Source of the DNA: Utricularia gibba
Taxonomy: Eukaryota > Plantae > Magnoliophyta
DNA: 64,000 nt
Reading direction: 5' to 3'
Assembly: GCA_002189035.1 (NCBI GenBank)
Contig: CM007989.1
Span: 1,984,001 to 2,048,000 of the forward strand
Shown: piece after piece, positions 12,029 to 24,238 of the stretch
Layout of the letters: every line of letters starts with the position of its first letter
How positions within the stretch are numbered: the first letter of the stretch is position 1
The notes under the pieces: generated by a model
Told to the model about the DNA's origin: nothing
Database searches by the model: none
Seen by the model: only the letters and a program-made list of their open reading frames with translations
Program-made: the position numbers and the translations under genes

Positions 12029-12863
12029 AGATGAGCGGCAATGGTGTGTGCTGACAGTGCGGGGGGTGACCATGATACCTTGCTTGAAGCTTATTAACAT
12101 GGCCCTTTGGTTTCAAAGCGAAGATGCAGCTTGCGTAGTGCTGCTTTATGACCACTCCCACGTGATCGGGGGAAGAAAATTAGCACCTTCGTCAAGGAAC
12201 TTGTTTTTTCTTTTGGGGCCGTTCTTTATGCTCTGTTGTCCGATTTGGCCATTCTCTTTAAATAAGAAAATAATATTATTAAAATATTTATGAATCATAA
12301 AAAAATATCTTTTAAATAAACTTATTTTAGTAGAATACTTTTAAATTTGTCGTAATAATATCTTTTGGTATTCATATCCATACTAATGATGCACTAGTAC
12401 CGAATGATTTGTAGAAAATAAATTATCAAGAAGGTACATGATAATTGGAATAATTTTTTATAATAAAAAATAGAAATATTATCTTGGGTATTAATTTATA
12501 ATATTAAATATCAAATATAATCATATTATTTAATATATTAGGAAAGGAACCAATATAGATTAGTGGGCCTCATGGTCTTTGGGTTTATTAAAGCCCGCGA
12601 CCCGAGGCCCAACACGGTCCACATTTTGAATATGTAATAACGTTCCTTTTTCAGGGTATCTATTGAATGAAAACCTAGCTTGCCATATATAAAATAAATA
12701 GTAAGCATTTTGTTATTTTTTGTCGTTTCTACTTGCTATAAAAAAATAATAATATATATGGTGAAATAGGTTGTTGGGATTCCTTCATTTCGTGCTCTGC
12801 GGTAGGCGACCTGACCTCCCTTGCTCGTGCCGTTCGGTTCTGTATCCAGGGGCAACGGCAATT

Positions 12864-15112
12864 ATGCAGGGCGCCGCCATCGCATTCTCGCCTTCTCTTT
12901 CACTAGCCCCGACTCGTCGGAGCCTCTTCGTTACTTCCCGCCACTCTCATTCAGGACACCCGCGGTTTGCCAACAATGGCGCTGCCGAATTTTCGCTGTC
13001 TCCGAAGAAGTCCAGTTGTTCGTTGGAGCCGGTTGGGTGGACTGTGAGGCCGATTCCGGAATTCGTTCGGTCCCGATCAGATGGGGCCGTGGCTCGGGCA
13101 GGAGCTGAGACGTCGAGCACGGCGGAGAGCCCTAAGTCTAAGAGTTTGGTGGATACACTGGTTCTTGGAGCGCTTTTCGGTGCTTGGTACCTCTTTAATA
13201 TCTACTTCAATATCTACAACAAGCAGGTGGTCATTCCTTTCTGATGCTTTTTTGGGAATGGCAGTTGGGTTTCTTTTTGTGTTGTTTTTTTTATGTGAAT
13301 ATTCTCTGGTTGTGATACCTGTCTTTTTGATAGGTAGCTTACCTTTTTCTCTAATTATATTAAGATATGCACCACGATCGCCTTCTGGTTTTTACTGATT
13401 TGGGGAGACAATTCCGGTCGTTCTATTGCTGAAAACTATGAATCTGCAATCAGAAAGTGAATTAGTTTTTAGATTATTTTCTTGGGTCGACAATGGTTTT
13501 TGTTTTCATGACAGGTTCTTAAGGTTTTTCACTACCCACTGACGGTCACAAGTGGACAATTTGCCGTTGGCTCCACTCTGGTTTTATTCATGTGGACATT
13601 CAAACTGTACAAAAGGCCTAAAATATCTGGTTCCCAGGTACTTGTATCCATCCTAGAACAAATCCTGTCTGAAATCAGCTAAAATACTCATTATATTTTA
13701 AAAAATACCGCGATCACTATGGCAGCTTGTTGCTATTCTGCCGTTGGCGGTGGTGCATACCTTAGGCAACCTCTTCACCAACATGAGTCTCGGAAAAGTT
13801 TCTGTTTCATTCACTCACACAATCAAAGCCATGGAACCTTTCTTCTCAGTGGTTCTTTCGGCCTTATTCCTTGGGGAGGTATGATTTATTCCTAGTATTT
13901 ATGGTTTCATTCTTGATGGCCATCTTACTTCATTTTTTGGAATGCTGTTTTAAACGTCAATTCTTTTCCGAACTCATTGGTGTGCAGTTGCCTACCTTAT
14001 TGGTTGTTTCTTCGCTCCTTCCAATTGTTGGTGGCGTAGCCTTGGCCTCAATGACCGAGACATCTTTTAATTGGTAAAGATGCGTATTTTAAATCTTCCG
14101 ATAAGAGGCACATGTTCAAGATTTTCTCAGAAATCTTAGCATCTGTACATTGACAGGCCTGGTTTTTGGAGCGCTATGGCATCAAATTTGGCAAACCAGT
14201 CACGCAATGTCTTCAGCAAAAAGTTCATGGTTAAGAAAGAGGTGCACTAAATATTTGCTAACAAGCTTCTTGTTGTGAATTTCATTCACTTCACACTTTA
14301 TTAAAGCGGAAGGAGACTTCAGTGGAGAATGGATCTCAACTTCACTTCCCTCTGTTTCAGGACTCGTTGGACAACATCACTCTCTTCTCAATAATTACAA
14401 TAATGTCATTCATCTTGATGATTCCCGTCACCTTAGCCACGGAAGGGATCAAGTTCACACCTTCATATCTTCAGGCAGCTGTAAGTTCATTCCAAAAAAC
14501 CAGGCCAATTGATTGAAAAGTTATTCAGGCTCTTTATCTTAATCCTGTGGATTTTCAGGGTCTCAATATCAACGACCTGTTCACCAAGTCTCTCCTAGCA
14601 GCCCTCTGCTTTCATGCATACCAGCAGGTTCTTGACAAACAATTCATCTTCCCCATACTGCTACTACTAACATGCTTTGCGGAATTTGACAATCAAGTTT
14701 TTTTCCATTTGCTCGTAGTTCCTCACCTAAATAGCGTCCTCATGATGATACACACATATATCCTGGGTTCTGAGAATCCAGCTAGATTCTCGTATTCTCT
14801 TATGCACCAACTTCCATGATTTTTCCTGGCCAGGTCTCTTACATGATCCTGCAGCGAGTATCTCCAGTCACCCATTCTGTTGGCAACTGTGTTAAGCGGG
14901 TGGTAGTGATCGTGACATCAGTTCTATTCTTCCGCACCCCCGTCTCCCTCATCAACTCCATAGGTAACAACAACCCACCAAACACTCTGTTCCATCCCTG
15001 CAGCTTGAAATGCATGCTGTCCTGTCCTGTGGCAGGCACCGGAGTAGCCTTGGCCGGAGTATTCTTATACTCCAGAGTGAAGCGAGTCAAGGCGAAGCCA
15101 AAGACAGCTTAG
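12864..15112 (+). CDS. PPT1: Plastid phosphoenolpyruvate/phosphate translocator (PPT1/CUE1-like), 9 exons
   Basis: Ser/Arg-rich transit peptide; [49 protein letters not shown], ends KPKTA*. All junctions GT-AG and in frame. Confidence 0.93.
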
Positions 15113-15450
15113 AGAGCAGTTTGAAGTTCAACGGTGAATGCCAGCGCTCGCTCTTTCTTTCGAGTCGAAGGTTTGGTTCAACGCATGTCAAATATTTCTC
15201 AACTCAATGTTCTGCATTTCAGGAGTATAAAGAAATATTGCCATTTCCTTTCATATTTATAATAATTTACCAGTTATTAAAATACAATAAATTATTAACG
15301 CTTTTAGGTTCTCTTTTAATGCTTGATACGCATTATATTATATTAACTCGGGTTAATTAATACAGTTAAAAAGACCAAATTGCCCCTTTGACCTAAATCA
15401 TGTCGACAATTTTTTAATTTCTACTTATTTTGGGGTTCTTATTTTGCCGC

Positions 15451-15456
15451 CACGTG
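15451..15456. promoter_or_regulatory. G-box (GCCACGTGG) upstream of SRO
   Basis: Exact CACGTG in GC..GG context, about 380 bp before the ATG. Confidence 0.5.
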
Positions 15457-15566
15457 GTGGGGGCATAACCTAACCTATAAATAAAACTGAAACCGCCTCA
15501 AGGGGATTTTTAACTGCTATGCGTGCGTGGTCGGTTATTTCTTCTTGTTCTTCTTCTTCAAGAAAA

Positions 15567-15579
15567 CTTGGCATCCAAG
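15567..15579. promoter_or_regulatory. Mitochondrial dysfunction motif CTTG-N5-CAAG (NAC013/NAC017 site)
   Basis: CTTG GCATC CAAG matches CTTGNNNNNCA[AC]G exactly, 40 bp upstream of a TATTTATA box at 15619-15626. Confidence 0.65.
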
Positions 15580-15830
15580 TTGTTGCTCCTTCGTCGGCTG
15601 AATTTTGATTCATGTGTGTATTTATAGCAGTTGCTTTCCCGCTTTTCCTTCTTTCTGTTGTTTTCGATTTCATTGGAGGTTCAAGGTGGGTTGTGAGATT
15701 CTCTGTCTATCTAATTGATTCGTGTTTATTGTTTTCGTTTTCCTTGCATGCAATCAGCCATTTTGTCTTCTTTTCCATCGGGGCAGGAATAAGAGGTAAA
15801 AAGCTTTCAGTATTTGAGGATTCGGGAACG

Positions 15831-16954
15831 ATGGACGCAGGGGAGCATGCCGCTGTCATGTTCGATGAAATTCCGGGATGCGATGAAGTTTCCGACTGTG
15901 AAAGTAGTACTACAACTAATATCATGGATGAGGATCAAATAGAGGAGGGAGTGGCTCATCATTTTCCTGGGACAGGGTTTGAGAGAGTCGATTCTGGCGA
16001 ACCAGCATACAAGATGATTGAGGAAAAATTGGTGTCCCGGTTGAGTTCATTGGGGTATGAGGCTCAAGTTGAGGGCATGTATAGGAATACCTTCACCACC
16101 GCGATGTCCCGCGCGAGGTTTCAATCGTTTCGTATATTTAGTACAGCAGTATGCAGAGAGAAAGGCAGGGGAAACCAGGCATCTTCGTATGATTTTGCAT
16201 GGTTTGGTGGTTCCATTTCCCTGATTCGTGAGGTTCTTCATCATGGTTTCACTTGTCCACCCCAAAACGGGGTTCTTGGCCACGGAATCCATTTTTCTTC
16301 CACTGAGAAACCTCTTAACAGGTACTATGTATCGCATGTCACTCAACTCTGATTGTTTTTTTTTTTTAAATCTCGGTTTCCCCTGTAGAAATTGACTTTT
16401 TCTCATTCTTCTTCACCAGTTTGCTATCAGCGATACCAGAAGCAAATGGCGAGAGATGCATGCTCCTTTGTCGGGTGATTCTTGGAAACTCCGAGGTTAT
16501 CCATCCGGGTTCTACACAAAGTAAACCGAGTTCCAGAGAATTTGACTCTGGGACGGACAGTTTATCATCCCCTACTACGTATGTAGTTTGGAGCTCACGC
16601 ATGAATACTCATATCCTGCCAGAAGCCGTGGTCATTTTCAAAACCAACCCCGCAAGTGGTAAGGGTTTAACATATAGCCGATTCCCATTTCTTGCCTCTG
16701 GACTTATGCTTAATGAAGCTCTCTTTGGTTTCACAGGATGCGGGATGAGCAAACCACGAATACCTCTTACCACGTTGGTGCGAGCACTTTCCAGGCTACT
16801 ACCTTGTGATGCGATGGAGATGATTGCCGGGATTTACGCCAAGTATAAAAGACAGAAGATACCAAGAACGAAAATGATTGAGACTGTGAGGCTCATTGCT
16901 GGAGACAGGCTACTACTTGAGATCTTGAAGTCTTACATGGAAGAAGATGAGTAA
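15831..16954 (+). CDS. SRO: SRO-family protein (PARP-like domain plus RST, no WWE; SRO2-5 type), 3 exons
   Basis: FAWFGGS, GHGIHFS, MLLCRVILGNSEVIHPGSTQSKPSSREFDSGTDSLSSPTTYVVWSSRMNTHILPE; C-terminal RST KIPRTKMIETVRLIAGDRLL. Introns 16322-16419 and 16659-16736. Catalytic His position appears to be Phe. Confidence 0.92.
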
Positions 16955-17243
16955 TCTCTTGTCCGCAGCACCAAGCTCAAGCCTTTCTTTCCAATATGAT
17001 GTGTACCTGCTACTGGATTTCGAATAATCTTAGAATACATAATATACTGAATTACACCTCTTTCATTGAGATGTTGCAAATGCAGAATCTTGAGATATGA
17101 ACAATTGAAAGCAAACAATAGAGTATTCAGAAGTATATATAAATCACACGTACAGCAAGAATCCCAACCAAAGTGTATCCCTTTGCATCTCGTCTCCTCC
17201 TTACCACAGTATAAGTTCAGCTGTACATCTACCCCCATCTGTA

Positions 17244-19449
17244 TCAGTTGGCTTGAGTGCTAACGATTTGGTTAGAAACCAGGAGGTTCTCCAGTGATCG
17301 GTTCTTCCGATTCCGAGACCGGCCTGCCTCCTTCAGCAGCTCAACCAGTCGCTTCTTCTCATCATCCACATCAGGATTTGCTGTTCCAAGTTTTTCTTCC
17401 CTCATTCCAACAATAAATTCAAGCACTCCAATGGCGTCTTCTAACCTGTGTTCAGGAGTCAGGTTTAGACAAGAATGGACATGTTTCTTCTAAGAATGGT
17501 TCTTTTGCTTTTTCAGACTTGATTTTTATGTCAATCATATGGCAAGATGACGGTTACCTTCCAACAGCATCATAGGTTGCGGCCAAATTGCTGTAAACTC
17601 CAATGGTATCAGGGTGATATGGTCCAGATTCATGCTCCAATATGGTTCTTGCCTCCTCAAACAACTCCAATGCCTCGTCGAAGGCGTACTGCTGCACACA
17701 CGCAAGCCCCATTTGGTTCAGTGTGATCCCAAAGAACGAAGATTTTTTCTCTCCGCTCTTTCGAAGTTTATCTGTTGCACTTTTAAAGGAAGTGTAGGAT
17801 TCGGAGTAGTTCCCAAACATGTAATGAATGACTCCCATTTGAGCCTCAATCCCTGCGATTGTGCTTTGCTGGCCAGGAGCATCATCGTATATTTTTAGTG
17901 CTTTCTGAAGAAGCTTCAGGGCTTGCTCGAGCTCATCCATGGCCTCATACAAGGCGGATAGATCTGTGAGTCCACTGGCAATTTCCTCCGGTGCAACTCC
18001 AGGAACTGGATGTTCATAGATTCTAAGAGCATTCTCACAGTAGGATCGTGAATCCCTGAACTTCCCAGTCTTGTTGTACAACTCTGCAAGGCGCACGAGA
18101 ACAGAAGCAACAGATGGATGATTTTCTCCCTTGGAGGCCTTGAGGGATGTAAGTGCTTTCTGATAGGCAAAAACAGCTTCATCATATCGGTTTAGTGACA
18201 AATATGTGTCTCCAATGCTACAGTCCACAGACGCAACCTCTGCCTCTTGGCCATTTGCAACCATTGCCATGCTTGCAAGCACCAACTGCTCAAGAGCTGC
18301 TTCATGATCTCCTTTTGACTCGTAGATCAGCCCCATGAGTCTCCGATCAGCAGCCTCCTCAAGAGAAGAAGGTGAACCATTGTCCCTATGAATGTCAATG
18401 GCGATTTGACAGAGTTTCTGAGCTTCATCAAACTGCATTGCTTGGACGTATGTCTCGGCCAAGTACCTACATGTTTCAGCAACTCTCATGTCGCCGTCTC
18501 CGAGGATGGCCCTTTGGACGTCTAAGCCAGCTTTGTAAGAATCTATTGACTTCTCAAGCTGGCCTAACATTGCGTAAGTATCTCCAAGCTGCATATAACC
18601 AGAGAACTTGGCAAGCGCATGATCCTGTCCTTCCTCAGCAACTGGGATTTCAATAGAGCGCTGCAAGACTGGGATTGCATCTCCGTACTGGCCGACAGCA
18701 CAGTGTATGGCAGCTATGACATGTAAACACATGACAACATCAAGATTCTTCTTAGCTCCAGAACACTTCTCAAATGAGATGGCAGCACGTTGAGCAAAGT
18801 CAAGAGCTTTTCGGGGATTATCTCTTGAAGACATCAAATCTCGGGCTTGTTTTAGCAAATAATGACCAATATCGGGGTTGCCCAGTGATGGATCATCCAC
18901 CTCATTCTTTGATTTGGAGCCCAGAAGAGGTGAATTCCTATACCTTTTCAAGGAAGCGCCGACTGGTGGTCCTTTCTTTGAACTCTTCACACCGTTTCTG
19001 TTATTTGAATATGGCTGTGGAGAGGATACAAGTTCTGTGGGTAGCTGATTAGCTGCAACATCCCCAGAAGGCTGTGGAAATGAAGAATTCCCATTCCTCA
19101 AACAGGAATCAGCATCGTCCTGAGGCTTCTCCGCCTCCCTCATCTCTCCGCCCACAAGATGTCTCAGCTCTGAATCTATCTGAGACTCCTCCCCATAAGA
19201 CCCGAAACTCGGCCTCGAAGGCGACTGATCGGAACTGTGCATCTCACACACATTCTTATAAAGCTGTTCGATCGAGGGCTCAGCAGGTCCTTCAACATTA
19301 TTATCCTTCGTTTCCCCATTCTGGGGATCTTGAGAACCCAAACTGAGGGCCGCATTTTCCACACCCGGAATCTGTTTGTCCATCGGAAGATGGACCTCTT
19401 CAATCACCTCTCCTTCTTCACGAATCTCACTCACAGCAACTCCAGGCAT
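17244..19449 (-). CDS. KLCR: Kinesin light chain-related TPR protein (KLCR/CMU family), 2 exons
   Basis: Long TPR exon 17558-19449 and final exon 17244-17445 with EEKLGTANPDVDDEKKRL motif; intron 17446-17557. Confidence 0.92.
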
Positions 19450-20323
19450 GGTAAAGAGATTATCTGAAAAAAAAGAACGGATCCAAAACAAAGAGCCCAA
19501 ATCAAGACCCGTACTTTAGATCGCGGACAACTCCCACATTAACAAAGCCAAGAACAAGCGCAGAACCTAACTTAGAACAGACCCCCACACAGCAAACTAG
19601 CAGCAATCGAGAAGGATAATGAACAAGGGCAGCAGGAGCTCAAAATCCCACCTTCACCAAGACCCCTTTTGAGATGATGCAGGAGTGAGTGGGAAGAACA
19701 CTTGCGTTCCTTTCGACGATGGGGATGGATTTGCTTCTTAGCCTCCTGCCACAGTGAGGCGACCGACGGTGGAGGGCACAAACGTAATTTCACAGAATGG
19801 GCGAGAATCAGATAGGTGACTTCCCGAGTTCCTGAGAACAACTCCCCAACTGTCGCTTCCCTGGATTTTTCATATTCTTCATGCACCACTCAGCGAGTGC
19901 CACCTGGATCCTTCAATTCCATTTCATTATACGAAATTTTATATTTTCTTTTTAATCAGTTCAACTTATCAAATTTTAAAGTAATATGCAATGAAATATA
20001 AATTACTGAATGGAAAATCAAAATGATACTAAATTAGTTGAAATTTAAATATCTATGGGTTAAGTCCATCGTTTCGAATCGAAAAGAAGAGTTGAAAGAA
20101 CTTATCGAGCTTCTTTCAAGAAGTGCCAGCCTCGTACACAGGAACATAGATTCAGAAGACTACAAGCGAGATTCTCATCATTCTATCGGTCTCGGAACTG
20201 ATCTCAGAATACGAATGAGATCAAAAAGGCCATCATTAATGCGAGCAAATACACCTGTCCGAGAGGCATCAAGATGTCTGCATGACAAACAACAAGCGGA
20301 GGTAATGATCCTCTGCATCGTGA

Positions 20324-23300
20324 CTACACTACACCTGCATCAGCATCAGCATCAGCATCAGTAGCAGCAACTCGGAGTAGCTCTTCCCATGTTGCAAGCT
20401 TTTCTCTGGGCTTGTTTTTCAGGCTCCCACGCCGTCTCTCCTCGCGATCGATCCTTTCCCATGCATCAAACGTCACGGTTTGGACATTTCGACTGCCCAA
20501 CAGCCGCAGGAGCCCTTCTCTTCCTGCCTTCCGGCTCCTGCTCAGCGCCCCTTTCAGGATGTCTTCAGATATGCAACCAACCTGCAGCAAAACATCTCTC
20601 GCTTTCACCTTCTTGATTATGATCCCAAGAGGAAGGGGGTTCCTCGAGATGAACTCACCGTCTCTTCGGCACAGTACATGTTTGTGCCTATGATTCCCGT
20701 TGGGCCTCTCTTCAACCACCCGCAAACATACAAGCCCTTCTCGAACTGCACATTATCTTGCGACTTGTCGGAGATGACACGCCCTCCAATGTTGGGAACA
20801 ATGCCTAGAATGAATGGATGGTGATGCAGAGAAAATAAGCATATTAACATAAGCCCTTGTCATTCAGCTTTATTCTGAACTCAATGAACCCAACTATCCA
20901 ACTACGGGAAGAGGAGAATAGATACACTTACCACGGTCAGCGACAAAGGGTAAACCATCGATAGCAAGTGATTTGTATCCAACACTCTTCAACGCCAACC
21001 TGATGGTTGGAGGCTTATAGGTTAGGCCATGAATCAACGTGGTTTGATGCTCGTGAAACACAGCCCATAAATTAGAAGAACTTGCCCACAAGATAAGTCT
21101 TCATACTCTCCTGAGCCAGTTGCGACTTGCTTCACCACCTCATCACCTTCTCCTGTGATTGCTAAATGTAGGAAGAGAAGAGATTTTAGTACATTGACAT
21201 GACCCTGGTACAAAAATATTTACATGGACACTCCTCTTGCAAGATTATGGGAAGCCTTATAACCTTTGAGTGTAGTTATCTCAAGCCTGACTGCCTTAAG
21301 TTGCCCACTCCCATTCTCTTCCTCCAGGAACCTGTTGGGTTGGCGGAAGAAGATGAAGTGGAGTTCACGTTGACCCGGAACCAAGGGCCCCTTGATGGTT
21401 GCCTTCGTAAGCAACTCATACACCCTTCTTCTGATCCTGCTATTTTTCATCTCTAGCTTTACACAGACATAAATTAGCTAGATTCTACAGTAATGCGCTC
21501 TCTCATACAGTGAAGGATCCTCGAAGACAAACCTCATCAGCAGCAGTTGTTATTAGATCATGCTGATGGATACAGATATGCAGATCCTTCATTCCTGCAA
21601 AAGGTAAATTTGAAACATACGAAACACTTTTAATAAATTCTTCGGATTGGGATGCAATATACATACCTAAAACTTCTCGAAGTTCTTTTGCTGTGAATGC
21701 AGCTTGTACTGGTCCACGTCTTCCAACCAAATAAACCTTCCTGGGATCACGGATATTAAAAAACCAAAAGCTTAGGACAATGAGTATTGCCTTTAGAATA
21801 TCAGAAGAGTAAATGAACCTTATGGAACTCTCTTCTAATGCGGCCAGAGCATGAGATGCAACATCAGTTGTTGCTAGTTCTGCAGTTGGTCTTAAAAGAA
21901 CTCTAGCTACATCGAGGGCAACATTACCCTGAAAAGGATTGAAGGAACTTTCCGTATACCACTAAAACCTACAAATAACGATAAGAATCCTAACAAGTCT
22001 GTACATCTTGCTAGCTAAAATAATGCTAATTAGAAACCAAGGTACTTCTTTCACTTTCATTATCATCAATTGAATTCTAATAAATTTAACAAACCAGGCC
22101 AAGAACTATTGCAGTGTCGGATCTTTTCAAATCTGGATTAAGTCCTCGACAATCCGGGTGCCCATTGTACCACCAAACAAACTCTCGTGCAGCATACACA
22201 CCAGAAAATCCCTGAATCATGTGACATTCAACCACATTCAATTTTTAGATTAGAATGGTTGAGCAAAGCTACAGCTTGTCGTAGGTATACAGAGGAGCAT
22301 TGCAAGTGACGAATAGATGTAATGAACTTTAAATGACTGGGAGTCCTCAGTCAACTGAAGAAATGAGAAGAACATAAGTTGTTCTCACAAACCTCCCCAG
22401 AGATGCCAAGCGATCTATCACTTTCTGCACCATATGCAAGCACAACCTGATAAGGTCAGCACATTACTAAATAATTTGATGACGGAGGGATTGGTGGATA
22501 AAAGTAAATTCTTACTCTTACCGCATTGTACATATCACGTAACTCAGACAATGTTATGGATTTCCCAAGAGTGACATTCCCATAAAATGAGCATCGCTCA
22601 TTTTGAAGAACCCGTGAAAACTGATTAACAACTATCTGTGGTAGGATCAAAGGTAGGTATAAACAATATATGCAAATAACATCTTCAAATCCTCAACAAA
22701 TGTTGAAGCATTCCACATTCGTTTAAAGAGTAATAAATTTTTGCCATTTTTTTTCATAATATACATAGTATCCAAGTTTTATTACACAATTCGATACAAA
22801 GGTTATTAATTCACATGCCAACCAAACCAAGATCTTTGGAAAAAATTCCAATTAACGCTATTCATCAAGAACATAATACACCATATTTAATATGGTCATT
22901 CTCTCACTCATATAGTTATTAACATCAAATCTGGTGTCAAAAAATGATATCATTTGCCAAAAACGTGATAAAAGATATTCAAACGAAAAGATAAAAATAA
23001 TCAGAGCTCAACAAGTTGAATTAAGAATATGGTGTCAAATTTGCACTTCAAACTATGACTAGAATCTGGAAGAAAACTGTAATGGAGTATTAAAAGTTTA
23101 ATCGATTCCATAAATTGATAGTTTATGAGAGAAATGTATTATGTTTTGGTATTCATCCAAATACGCTACCTTAGTTTCAGGGTGATCTGGAGCAACTCCA
23201 TATCGGACTAACCCAAATGGAGTAGGCAGACGATCGAGTATATCAACTTCAGCAGTTTCATGAGCCTTTAAAATCTAGAAAAAAAAAAAGACACGGCCTC

Positions 23301-23512
23301 GTGAAAAATAAAAACCAATCTTGGTTGAAGAATAAATAACGGGTTGAAGAATAAATAACGATAACCAGACCCCGATGATTCCCTCTAACACCATTTACCT
23401 TCTCAGCAGCGTAAACTCCGGCAGGTCCACTGCCAACAATACAAATCCGCAAAGGAACTGAAAGAGTGGCGAAGCTTCTCGAGAACCATCTACGCTTTGC
23501 CAAACGCAACAT
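20324..23512 (-). CDS. MFDR: Mitochondrial NADPH:adrenodoxin (ferredoxin) oxidoreductase, multi-exon
   Basis: Presequence [93 protein letters not shown]. Confidence 0.95.
20337..20360 (-). repeat. (GATGCT)-type hexamer x4 encoding a DADADADA C-terminal tail in MFDR
   Basis: GCATCA repeated four times on + strand, in the last codons of the CDS. Confidence 0.9.
21000..21085 (-). other. GC-AG intron in MFDR
   Basis: TGT GG/GCAAGT ... CATCAG/G TTG GCG; only this junction keeps [16 protein letters not shown] in frame. Confidence 0.8.
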
Positions 23513-24054
23513 GTCAGTCCCGAATTTCGGACGTATCGGCCGCGTTCCTACTGTCGTCGAGAGTTGCAAGAACGGGGTTCCAGCATATCCCAATTGGGCC
23601 TCCGTTTTTCGTTGAGTAGGCTTTTTGTAATGAGCCGGGCTGATTTCGGTTGGGTCCAAGAGATAAAACCATTAATAATTCAGTTATCAATAAAAGGATA
23701 AAAAATTTTAATAAAAATAAAAACTTTCTAATTTAAAAAATATTTTATTAAGGTAAATAATTTTTTAAAAAATTATTAACTGGTAACCACTGTAGATTTT
23801 ACTCTTCATTTTTACATAATTTTAATTTACTATAAGAAAAAAAAAATGTTTGAATTTGGTTTATTTAAGAAAAAGTTAATTTTATTAAATTATATTTAAA
23901 TATTTTTTAAAAAAATTGAAAATAAATTGGATAGAATGGACATCTGATCGGTCATCATGCAAGAAGTTGTCCCGTGCCAACTACCAAGATATGAATGTAG
24001 TAGTAACAAGTGTTTTAACCCGGAACCGGTAACCACCGGAACATCAAGTCCGGC

Positions 24055-24074
24055 AGCCGGCCGGCCGGCCGGCT
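24055..24074. repeat. Perfect 20-bp palindrome AG(CCGG)4CT in tufA 3' flank
   Basis: Direct reading; four more CCGG at 24020, 24026, 24036 and 24050. Confidence 0.95.
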
Positions 24075-24238
24075 CTTCAGAATGAACTTCGGTAAAGCAA
24101 TGGCTTGAGGAAGCAGAACACGGTGACAACTAACAAAACGTTGATTCAATGCTGAAACAAAAGATACAAATCCTCTCCATCTCCGAGTTTCAGATACAGC
24201 TAAGGGGCAAAGGAGATGATGATGACTCATTCACCTTT

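Noticed and set aside
15612-15830. Hydrophobic N-terminal extension of SRO
   Set aside because: T-rich leader and probable 5' UTR intron sequence translated by chance; its ATG is upstream of the TATA-like box.
23660-23940. AT-rich spacers (also near 12250-12550, 38520-38800, 40860-41260, 47380-47520, 58460-58900) as MITEs
   Set aside because: No terminal inverted repeats with target-site duplications and no clear mutual similarity found by eye.
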